64,000 bases of DNA. It comes from Azolla caroliniana (Eukaryota; Plantae; Polypodiophyta). Below the pieces are notes generated by a model, which had not been told where the DNA came from, did no database searches, and saw only the letters and a program-made list of their open reading frames with translations. The stretch spans positions 62,001-126,000 of the forward strand of contig JBHGNT010000065.1 of assembly GCA_043228905.1 (NCBI GenBank), in the 5' to 3' direction. Of this stretch, positions 1 to 9,925 are shown in pieces. Within the stretch, counting starts at the first letter, position 1. Each line of letters opens with the position of its first letter. A program made the translations under genes and the position numbers.

Positions 1-240
1 ACTTGGTCCTATCGATTTCTCACGTTAATAATAACCAAACGTGAAGTGGCCCGGTTAAGGTAGGGTTGTAGCGCCTGAAATTGCCTACCTCTATGTATGA
101 AGAAGATAATGAACCAAATGTCATCTAGCAGCGCCATACCACTTAAATGAGATTAAGGTTTGGCTCCGACACTCCAACATGCCGACCGAGAATTCCCGGA
201 GAACAACACCGTTCTATGAAACATTCAAGGAAGGTTTGTG

Positions 241-314
241 TGCACCGAAGGGGACTTGAACCTCTAACCACCTGGTTCGAAGCCAGGTACTCTATCCGAT
301 TGAGCTATCGGTGC
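241..314 (-). tRNA. trnR: tRNA-Arg(UCG), chlamydial-like
   Basis: Reverse complement GCACCGATAGCTCAATCGGATAGAGTACCTGGCTTCGAACCAGGTGGTTAGAGGTTCAAGTCCCCTTCGGTGCA folds as a cloverleaf, anticodon TCG. Confidence 0.93.
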
Positions 315-652
315 TGCCTGCTGCTTTCAGAACACGCTTTCCCTGTCTATCTTTGGTAGGCGATTTGCTGGTTTCTGGAGCACCGCTTGTTTAGCAGGTG
401 GATCCAGAGTGCCAAAGAAAAGAAGAGCGGTTTTCCGCTTCTTCCGCCGGCCGCAGGTCAGCCTCTGAGGGCGCATCCCGGGCTTGTCCACGTCAACGCT
501 ATAGGTGACTTGTTCAGGAGGCAGCTTTTCTTTTCGGGCTGGTCCTCGTGGATGGTTCTCTAACCTTCCACACACTGTTAAGGAATGACCTAGTCATGTA
601 ATAGGGTCTCTTAAAGGAAATTATGCGGGTAGGTACTTGCAGCTCATAGAGG

Positions 653-653
<1 letters not shown>

Positions 654-687
<34 letters not shown>

Positions 688-735
688 CGGGTGTTGAGAC
701 TTCGCCAGCCCAGCCCAGCCCAGCCCAGCCCAGCC
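654..735. repeat. Microsatellites (GCAC)n and (GCCCA)n
   Basis: Tandem arrays directly visible. Confidence 0.95.
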
Positions 736-1285
736 AACATGGGTGCTGCTTTCGCGCTCCTATGCAGCAGCAGAAAGCCATTCTGTTAATGAAAGCGGCG
801 AGTCATGCCACGATGAACCGCTTCATCGAAAAGCGTTAGTGAAAAGTACAGCGCGCAGCCGGAATATTATTATTATTCGTTACTCATTTCATGACTGAAG
901 CGCCAGCCAAAAAAACAAAACAAACAAAAAACTAGCACCTTTGAAAACAAAAGTGGTAGGGCCAGGAAGCCACCTGGCAATAGGAAAGTGCACGAATCGA
1001 GATCCGGCCTCTCCTCATTACGAAGAACCGGCAGATTCAGGTAGCTTGCCGGCCAAGTGAAGTGGTAGCTTGCCTAAGGCAGGTTCCTGTTCTTACAAGG
1101 GGTCTTCCGGGCTTCTGACAATGAATTTTCGAGGATTCTAGGGATAACATTGTTGAGCGAACACTGGACGTTGACATTTATAGGAAGGTACTACTTTGGG
1201 CGATCTTCAACAAAGTTGTGCTAATAGGCCTTCAAGCAAGTAGGAACCTGTATGTCGATAAGGTTTGTGCCTTGTTTAGGGATAG

Positions 1286-2271
1286 GTATCCGCTCTTGAA
1301 AATCACCGGCCCGCCCCTTCCACCCATCATAGTGCCCCCTCGTCCGTTACTTTACCTCAGTGCTCTCCTGCCCGCGTAACATTATGAAAGGGTTGAGAAC
1401 AGCAACGGCGACGGTATAGCAAGAGAAAGCTAGAGAGAAAGGGCTATGGGAATGTGAAGGACTCCCTTCGTTGAAAAAGAAAGTGTCGATTGTCTATTCT
1501 TTAGGCACTCGCGGGAGACTAATCTCTCCTAGAGAACACGTGTGGGAAGTATTCGTTTCTAATAATCCCAAAGTCTTTAAGGTTTTGACCATTTTGTGTA
1601 ACCATTAGGATGCTCCGAAAACACTGGAGTACAGGAAGGAAACACTGGTGTCAAAGCATTCTTTGGGAACCACATCCTGTTCTTCCTAGATGGATGATTT
1701 GCCCCGTTTGATGCCGTCGTGTGAAAGTTGTTTTCATGATTTAGGAATTCAACTGATTTTAGGTAATCCATCTTTATGTGGCACGACATGAAAGGTGCTA
1801 TGAAAAACACGTAACCGACCGAATTACGTGAAATGGATAAATCAATCTGGTTAGGGCATTCTTTAGAACTTACTTCAGGAAGAATCATCCAGGGCTGCGG
1901 TTGCGGTTTCTTCTTTCTTGTATTCATAACTTTTTTCTATTGCTTTTTCGGCGAAAAGGCAAGCAAGTTTTACCTGACTTAACTGAAAAGCCTAGAAGTG
2001 TTTGTAATGCACAGCATCCTTAGCTCAGTCGGATAGAGCAACAACCTTCTAAGTTGAAGGTCACAGGTTCAAGTCCTGTAGGATGCGGAAAGTGCACATT
2101 AGATTATATACCTACGGAATGCTTTGCCCTTGTTCAGGGCGGGCTAGCGGGTTCTTCCTTTCAACCGAACCTGCATCATGCTTCGGTCACTTTTCGCTAT
2201 ATTGGTATATGGGATTACTTGCCCCTTTTCACTTCTTTTTAAACAGCCATGATTATAAAGAACCAATCTCA
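1286..2271. repeat. Direct repeat B, copy 1 (contains trnR-UCU); partner 39071-40056
   Basis: Identical sequence at offset 37785 (ORF 1577..1927 = 39362..39712). Confidence 0.95.
2014..2087 (+). tRNA. trnR: tRNA-Arg(UCU)
   Basis: GCATCCTTAGCTCAGTCGGATAGAGCAACAACCTTCTAAGTTGAAGGTCACAGGTTCAAGTCCTGTAGGATGCG cloverleaf. Confidence 0.95.
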
Positions 2272-2421
2272 GATTTTTATGAAACCCTGCCTGAACTGAA
2301 CTTTATCATGGCTTGCAGTCCACTTGAATAATTTGCTACTGTTCTATCAGTTTTCAAACGGATACATAGATTTTGAACATCGAAGAAAGAAAGCATATTA
2401 TGCGCCGCTCTACCGTATGAA

Positions 2422-3099
2422 ATGGAAAAAGGAAAGAAAGAGTATTATTCCAAAAAGGAAAAGAAAGTCATTTTTTAAAGATTACCGAATACAAGCGCAC
2501 ATTCGGGCTATTAGGGACCCCCAACTCCATATTATTAAAGATATTTATACGGATTTAGACGCGGAAGGGCTATTATTGATTTGGAAAAAACACTTTTATT
2601 CTTGAAGATTGCTTGTAATGCGATTGGATCTATCATTCGTAAGGAGGGCCATTTATTGTTGGTGAATATTGATCTTTTGTACGATGACACAATGAAAAAA
2701 ATGGCGAGAAGGACCAATTAAAGTCATATCAATTCCAAATGGATTGGTGGTTTCTTAATCAATTGGGAACATATGAAACATGAAGAACGCTTTAAGTATT
2801 CATCCACGTGGCGGCATTCTAGTCTACGTTTTTTAAAGATGTAAAGATATTTCGAAGGACTGATAACATGCTAAATTTCAGATAGTTTAGTTATACCGAA
2901 TGCACGTAAAGATTTCATAGCTATATTTGAAGCTAATTGATCATGAATATTTATTGCATTCCTGGTGGATTCTACTCTCCTAGAGGGATTACATAGGTTA
3001 GTTATTTATCTCATTCTGGTAAATAATGATTCCGTGTGGTTCACAAATCCATTTTGCTAATTGGTCACGAAAATAGTCATTCATTCGAAAAAGGCTTGA
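2422..3099 (+). CDS. rps2: Mitochondrial ribosomal protein S2 (needs U-to-C editing; alternative upstream start at 2308 from a nad9-derived segment; 3' end uncertain)
   Basis: Translation YLYGFRRGRAIIDLEKTL...RTN*SHINSKWIGGFLINW...FEAN..IFIAFLVDS matches plant mt Rps2; in-frame stops fall at Gln/Arg-type positions. Confidence 0.88.
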
Positions 3100-4113
3100 G
3101 AACCCAGCAGAAAAGCCAGTAAAATAAGGAAAATTCAAAAAAGAAAAAAGAATACCCACTAGAAAGGATGCTAGTTGCTGTCTCTCACCTCTTCAGAGCG
3201 GCACCAGAAATCAAGCAAGAACCAGTATTATTCGTCACCTTACTATGCGTCCCTTTGCCATTCTTTGCGATGGCGAAAGCGGCTCCAGATGAGAAAAAGA
3301 GCCCAGCACAGCCCTGGAATTTGGGCTTGATACACTGGGAGGTTATAAACAGTCACACCCGCAGAGAGCGGCTGGGCGGTAAGTTGGAGGGAGTTTTCTG
3401 CAACAACTTTAACTTTCGCAGCTAACAGAAATCTCCTCTGTCCTAGAAGATGACGTTAGATCAAACCTATGCTCTCAGGCGCTTCTAACGTCCTACAAAA
3501 CCGAAATCAAGTCAACAACGCCGCAAGCAATTAGTGACCTCAGTTCAGCTAGCAGGAAATATGATACTGGGATAGGGTAGCAGGCACTATCGCGAGGCGC
3601 TCCCCTATCCCAATGGGACTACAGGAAAGTCCGCAATGCAATATTGTGGAGAATGAATTAACCCCATTAAGGCAACCACGAAAGCATACCGCTTACGGTT
3701 TGATGAGTCTGATCTCGAGCGAGAATGAATTATCATTTTGTTCTGAGAATTCATCTGTTGGCTCAGCTCCTGGGGATGTAGAGGGCTAAAAGTAACAACA
3801 ACTTGGTTATGGAAAATTGTCTTCAATTAAGTCATTTTTTATCCTATACGTCGGGGCGGGGTCCGCCCCCTCCCACGCCAATTGAACCAGTTAAAGGGAA
3901 GACAAGATCGACCCTCAACCATGCTGCTTTTACGGCATGCTCTTCCTTTCTTCCTGTGCTTGTTCTCTTCAGTCTAAGCTACGTAACTCCTCCCTTCAGT
4001 CCAAACCTTCGTCCCAATTCGTAAGCCTTCGCTTGACCGCAGTCCCTCGGTAGAAATGGGTTTGGTTTTCCCATAGCCATGATCTGTAGCCATCCTTTGT
4101 CCTATTTGTCAGT

Positions 4114-4184
4114 TGCGGATAACGGGAGTCGAACCCATATCCTCTGCTTGGAAGGCAGATAATCTACCGTTAATCTATATCCGC
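4114..4184 (-). tRNA. trnG: tRNA-Gly(UCC)
   Basis: Reverse complement GCGGATATAGATTAACGGTAGATTATCTGCCTTCCAAGCAGAGGATATGGGTTCGACTCCCGTTATCCGCA. Confidence 0.95.
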
Positions 4185-4595
4185 CTAAGTTTCGTTTCCG
4201 AAAGGAGGGGTATTATGAAGAAAGAGATCATTCCTATAATACAAATCGGCCGAAGCGCGGGGCCTTCTATGCGCGCGCAAAGACTTTGCCCCGCTCAAGC
4301 ACCTAGTAGAATGCGAGTGATGGATCATTTGTGTTCAATTCGTTTCATATACGATAATTCATGGAGCTTGCTTGCTGCGTGGGCCATCCCCAGCAGTAAT
4401 GGTTGAGGGCCGGCGTAAGCTATCGATTAGCGCCTAAGCCGCTTGGTTGGCACCCGATCTCTCATCACTCAATCTCGGGAAGGGAAAAGGGCCTAGAAAG
4501 AAAGTCTTATGTCCTTGCAGCAAGCAAGTCGCAGCAATGCAATGAAGGCCTTCGCTTTGTCGTCGTCTTTCGATCTATACGTTTTTCGAACTCCA

Positions 4596-4628
<33 letters not shown>

Positions 4629-4979
4629 GCTTTAGGCTTTAGCGAGGTTCATGAAATCTCGAAGAAAGCAGCAAGCAGCTGGGGTCTTTGAATAGTTAAC
4701 GTCTCACAGGTCATGAGGCGGCTCGAAAGTCAAAGAATGTATATGATACTAACCGTACATTTTCCCTTCCCGCGCTGGTAGCTCAACTGTTAACCGCTTC
4801 ATCCGCGATTGGTCTACGGTTTCAATCCCTTCATGCGCTTCATGAAGAAGCGCTTCCTCCTCGCGCATAGCGCTTCATCCGGCCGGGCCGGGCCGGGCCG
4901 GGCCGGGCCGGCATTTACCCAACTTGGAATTAACTTCATCAAGTCAGTACAGTTAACGAAAGGACGCTGGCGCTTCCCT

Positions 4980-5201
4980 TTGAGATTCCCTCCAGCCACA
5001 GGTTCCCCTACGACTACCATGTTACGACTTCACCCCAGTCACTGACCCAACCGTGATATGCGCCAAGAAGACCACCAATACCAAAATGGGCCACACTCAA
5101 CTAGGCATGGAACACTTTAGTAATGGGTGATCTCTGGTCGATGCTTCGGGCGAAACCAATTCCCAGGGTGTGACGGGCGGTGTGTACGGGGCCCGAGTAC
5201 A

Positions 5202-5251
<50 letters not shown>

Positions 5252-5687
5252 TTCTCGAGTTGCAGAGAACAATCCGAACTGAGGCAATCTTTCTGGATTC
5301 GCTCCGCCTTACGGCCCTGCTTCCTATTGTAATTGCCATTGTAGCACGTGTGTAGCCCAGCCCATAAGGGCCATGCGGACTTGACGTCATCCTCACCTTC
5401 CTCCATAGTAGAACTACGGGCAGTCTCTTGTGAGTGCAACATCGGCACAGAGGGAGTGTCATCAATCCTGGCTAACCGCTGACTGAACACAGATTCATGG
5501 GCAGGTACCGATGAAGCGGCTCACTTACCACCGGCTCGCTCGTCGGAACCTCAAGTTCGTCGGAAGCCAGCCCATGTTCTATGTTCCTGCTTGCCGAGGG
5601 TGAATGATGACATTGATCCTCTGGGAGCAGCATATCTTAGCAACACAAAACGAGGGTTTCGCTCGTTATAGGAGTTAACCAAAAACG

Positions 5688-5726
<39 letters not shown>

Positions 5727-5833
5727 ATGAATTTTCGTTTCATCCCGTTAAGGACAAGCACACCGGTTCATATGTCAAGTGTTCATACGTCAAGTGTTCA
5801 TATGTCAAGGGCTGGTAAGGTTTTGCGCGTTGT

Positions 5834-5866
<33 letters not shown>

Positions 5867-5986
5867 AGGCCCCCGTCAATTCCTTTGAGTTTCAGTCTTG
5901 CGACCGTACTCCCCAGGCGGAGTGTTTAACGCGTTAGCTGGGCCCCCGATCCGCGGACCAAGGACGAACACTCATCGTTTACGGCA

Positions 5987-6022
<36 letters not shown>

Positions 6023-6262
6023 AGCTTTCGCACCTCAGCGTCAGTAGAGACCCAGAAAGCTGCCTTCGCTACTTCGGCGTTCCTTCGTATATCTCCGGAT
6101 TTTATCCCTACACACGAAATTCCACTCCCCTCTGTCCCACTCGAGTAAATTGGTTTTGAAAGCATTCCGCCAGTTGAGCTGGCGCCTTTGACTTTCAACC
6201 TGATTCACTGCCTACGTGCCCTTTACGCCCAGTCATTCCGAATAACACTTGCCCCCCCCGTC

Positions 6263-6298
<36 letters not shown>

Positions 6299-6454
6299 CT
6301 TCTTCGAGTCTTGTCATAATCGCGTACTCGACGAAAGAGCTTTACAAGCGGCATTGCCCTTCCTCGCGTTAGCGACGTTTTTCACTCACTCACGCGATAT
6401 TGCTGGATCGGGCTTTCGCCCATTGTCCGATATTCCCCACTGCTGCCTCCCTAC

Positions 6455-6492
<38 letters not shown>

Positions 6493-6600
6493 GTCCGAAA
6501 AGATCAGCTAAGCATCTGCGGCTTGGTCAGCCTTTACCCAACCAACTACCTAATACTACGCAGGCTCATCAAACAGCGCTTTTTAGCTTTATCGAAAAGC

Positions 6601-6636
<36 letters not shown>

Positions 6637-6810
6637 AGCTGCTTTCGTTTCTTTGGGATTCGGCCCAAACTGTTTGGCAGATTCCCACGCGTTACGCACC
6701 CGTTCGCCACTTTGTCTTCAACTGTTCTATAGACGAAAACAACGTTCGACTTGCATGTGTTAAGCATATCGCTAGCGTTCATTCTGAGCCAGGATCAAAC
6801 TCGGTTTTTT
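4980..6810 (-). rRNA. rrn18: Mitochondrial small-subunit (18S) rRNA, ends approximate
   Basis: Universal SSU motifs GAGTTTGATCCTGGCTCAG, GTGCCAGCAGCCGCGGTAA, AAACTCAAAGGAATTGACGG, GTACACACCGCCCGTC; plant-mt-type expansion at about 5420-5630; no anti-Shine-Dalgarno tail. Confidence 0.96.
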
Positions 6811-7489
6811 GGTCAATTTCTGCCATACGAGGCAGGTTGATGAATTCATGTGCAATATTTGAATTTTGGTGTGACTCTTGGTTGGAGAAGGCCACACCAC
6901 AGTTGGTCTCTTCTCCATAAGCCGGACCGCCAACGTCAAGGCGAGATCACATTGGTCCAGTCCCCGCATAGCCAGTGGAAGGGTGAGGTGCATCCACTCA
7001 GATAGCATGGGGAGGTCGAATGACTGCGGCCACGTCAATCCGCTTCTTTTCTTTTCTTGTTGGGCCGCGCCGCAATTGTCTAGCTTCTGCGTTTAGTTTT
7101 TTTTTTCGCTCTCGAACGGTTACGATGAACCGGTGCATATGGCCGGAGAACCAACCTTTGGTTCGAGATGGATTCGGCCTTCCCTTACGTCATGTTCATG
7201 GCCTTGCATTCCAATGATCACTGCGCTTCACTTGGCTCCAGAGAGCAAGAAGGCCTAGCTAGAACAACAATCTCAGTGACAAAATTGACCTCGGCTAGAA
7301 GGTTACGTAAGTGAATTTCAGTCGGGCCAGCAGCAGTGTTCACATGTTCATAGATGCTCCAATGAAAAAGCATAAACATCACGAAGCCCGTCTAAAGTTT
7401 AGTTTTTTTCTTCGCTGAAAAGCAGCAGCTCTCGATACACTGGTGCATATGGCCGGAGAACCAACCTTTGGTTCGAGATGGATTCGGCC

Positions 7490-8075
7490 GAAGGGAGTGA
7501 GAACCGGCGTGTTGGCATTAACAATCATGCTCTCATCTTTCGAATCAGTCGTTACGGGGTCAATGAGCTAGCTCGTAGCTACGAGAGAGATTCCCTAAGA
7601 ACAAGGTGGTTCTGGAATACGAGATAAAGCAACGAGGACAGTGGGAACAAGACCTTTTGGTGGTGGGACCCTGGACTGTTTAAGTGTTGGTCCCGGGGCA
7701 CCTATCCTGGCGCATTCTTGCTTGCTTGCTTGCTTGCTGAACCCGGGTTGGCGTTAGCTAACCGCCTACCAAACTTGACCTGCTTTCATCTTGGGGCCTG
7801 ACCCGCTTTATTCCTCGTCGTTGAGGGCGTGCTTGCTTGCTTGCTTGCTTGCTTGCTGGGGCACTCGACCGCAATAAAGGGAGAGAAGCTTTCACGACTT
7901 CCCACGGTGTGGCCATTACTCTCAAAGGGTAAGCTGGTTTCACCGTTATGAGCCAGTTATTGAAAAAGCGTTCGCACGCTTGTGGGGCGAAAGGCCAGAG
8001 GAGGACTCCTTTTCCCTCTTCTTGTGGTCCTTCGGACTTCAACAAAGGAACGGCGGAGTCGTAGCTCTTTGATTC
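7490..8075 (-). other. 5' portion of a group I intron in rrn26, apparently broken after P3' (rrnLi825g1-like position)
   Basis: Follows exon ...GGGGU; IGS UGGCCUUUCGCCCC (7984-7997); P3 AACUGGC / GCCGGUU; P AUAACGGUGAAAC; Q ACACCGUGGGAA; R CCCGUAACGACUGA (about 7545-7560); no canonical S element and no 3' exon. Confidence 0.8.
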
Positions 8076-9085
8076 ACCCCTAGCCACGAGTCATCCCCGT
8101 ATTTTGCCACATACGTGAGTTCGGTCCTCCAAGGCCTCTGTGGAGAGCTCGATTCAACCTGCTCGTGGCTAGATCAATCGGTTTCGGGTCAAATAGAAAC
8201 AACGCCGAAGATTCAACCTCGTTGCGCCTACACCTAATGGCTTAAGCCGCTGTTCCCATTCACTCGCTGACCCATTATGCAAAAGGTACGCCGTTAGGGT
8301 GGAAAGTGCTAAAGCGAGAGCCGACAACGCGAAGCTTCGCTCAAGGGTTCGCGTATGCGAACATTAGTGGCTTTGCCTCCGAAAGCTACAGCGCTTTCTC
8401 AGCTTCGCGTATGCGTTCCATCGAACATTAGTGGCTTTGCCGCATTTTCTCAGCTTCGCTCTTCCGACTGATAGTTTGCATCGGATTTCAGGTTTTCTAT
8501 TGCACTCCCGGCATACGGCGGGGTCTTTTCACTTTTCCCTCACGGTACTTGTGGTACGCTATCGGTCATTGAGGAATACTTAGGCGCGGGGGTGGTCCCC
8601 CTTAGTCACGTAAAGCGATCATTATTCAAACACGGTATCCGCGTTTTGTAATGGTAATCAAACTTGCCAGGAAAGATCTACGGGGCTATCACCTTCTTTG
8701 GCCAGATCTTCCAACCTTTTCAGAATTCCTTGAGGAAGGGTTCCCACCCTTCCCTCTACTGCAAGTTCTCCCCCGCACGGGGCCAGGGAAAGCGGCCCTT
8801 CTGGGCTGGGGCCCCTTCCCTTTTCTTTGCCTAATCCGCTTTCGCTCGCCGCTACTAACGGAGTCTCAGTTGATTTCCTTTCCTTTAGCTACAATGATGT
8901 TTCAGTTCGCTAAGTTTCTCAAGTCCGAGGCAGAGCCGCAGCACACGGCATGCCCGGCAAGCTTGGATACGGTTTCCCGATTGGAAACCCATGGATCACA
9001 GACGGTATCTCCCCATGGCCTTTCGCCTTTGGAAGCGTCCTTCCCTCTCAATGCCCAGGCATCCATCCAATGCATTCTTTTCGAT
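8076..9085 (-). rRNA. rrn26: Mitochondrial large-subunit (26S) rRNA, 5' exon only
   Basis: 5' end AAGAATGCATTGGATGGATGCCTGGGCATTGAG; AGTACCGTGAGGGAAAAG; GGAGGACCGAAC...GATGACTCGTGGCTAGGGGT, after which homology stops. Confidence 0.93.
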
Positions 9086-9385
9086 GCAGTAGGAGTTGAA
9101 CCTACCGAACACCGTACAAAATCTTAATGAGTGTTCTGCGATCGCCACTCAACCTGTGACTGCTTAAAACCGAGACAAAAAGAAGCCCGCATAGATTATT
9201 ATACAATAATCTTCGGACGTTTGTAAAATGCGGAAGAAGCGCGGAAAGAATTGGTCGAGTACTTGGACAGAGGATTCATTGTTTCGACGAAAACGTCTAC
9301 CAAATGACCCTGCATCCTCTGTTTTTTCCTTTACGCTCTTGAGTTCTCTTTCCGTGCTGTGCGATACGAAGTTTGTACAATCCGC

Positions 9386-9423
<38 letters not shown>

Positions 9424-9708
9424 AAGGGCTTCGTCCTTCCTCCTTTCTTAGCGTCTCGTTTAACTAAACACTTTAGATTTCCCTGACAAGTTCCCTAGCT
9501 CTCTCGAGCGTAAGAGTTGAGGAACAGATTTTCCGATAATGCATGCCAGCCAGGGATTTACGCATCATTGGTATTGTGTGTTTACCGTTCTAATCTGTCT
9601 TCACATCCATAGCTTGCTTTTTTGCGTTGTCGTACGCCTTTTCATTGTTTCTGGCTGATATCAGATTCGCATCTGACCTTTAGGCAATCGCATATACGAT
9701 TTGAAAGG

Positions 9709-9826
9709 GTCCGGGCTGTCGAACCACGTCTCCCGAAAATTATCAGTACATATGGCAGAAAACGCTTTTCACATATCGAGGTCGGAATGGGATCGGGTGT
9801 TTCACGTCTTACAAAGATGCCCGGAC
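9709..9826 (-). rRNA. rrn5: Mitochondrial 5S rRNA
   Basis: Reverse complement CCGGGCA...AAGACGTGAAACACCCGATCCCATTCCGACCTCGATATGTG...CGGGAGACGTGG...GCCCGG, plant mt 5S signature. Confidence 0.93.
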
Positions 9827-9888
9827 GGAACGAAACGCTTGATTAATGAACAAAAGAGTGCTAACGACAAAAGCGGCGGGCGCCGAAC

Positions 9889-9925
<37 letters not shown>

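Larger units (their letters stand above)
1..1992. repeat. Inverted repeat A, copy 1 (may extend beyond the window start); partner 12521-14512
   Basis: Mirror-image ORFs (147..359 / 14154..14366; 1577..1927 / 12586..12936); coordinate sum 14513. Confidence 0.95.

Noticed and set aside
1577-1927. 116-aa ORF present three times (also 12586-12936 and 39362-39712)
   Set aside because: Recurrence is explained by the repeats; no recognisable motif or homology
4980-6810. Bacterial 16S rRNA / bacterial genome
   Set aside because: Plant mitochondrial expansions, mt-type 5S and 26S, and editing-dependent nad/cob genes show a plant mitogenome
6249-6920. Long ORFs with ASKQASKQ or LLACLLAC repeats (here and elsewhere)
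   Set aside because: Translations of (AAGC)n microsatellites and antisense rRNA, not proteins
7022-7030. CAGUC on the minus strand as a possible P7' (S element) completing the group I intron in cis
   Set aside because: Lacks the conserved J8/7 context and is not followed by the 3' exon GAAAGGCC
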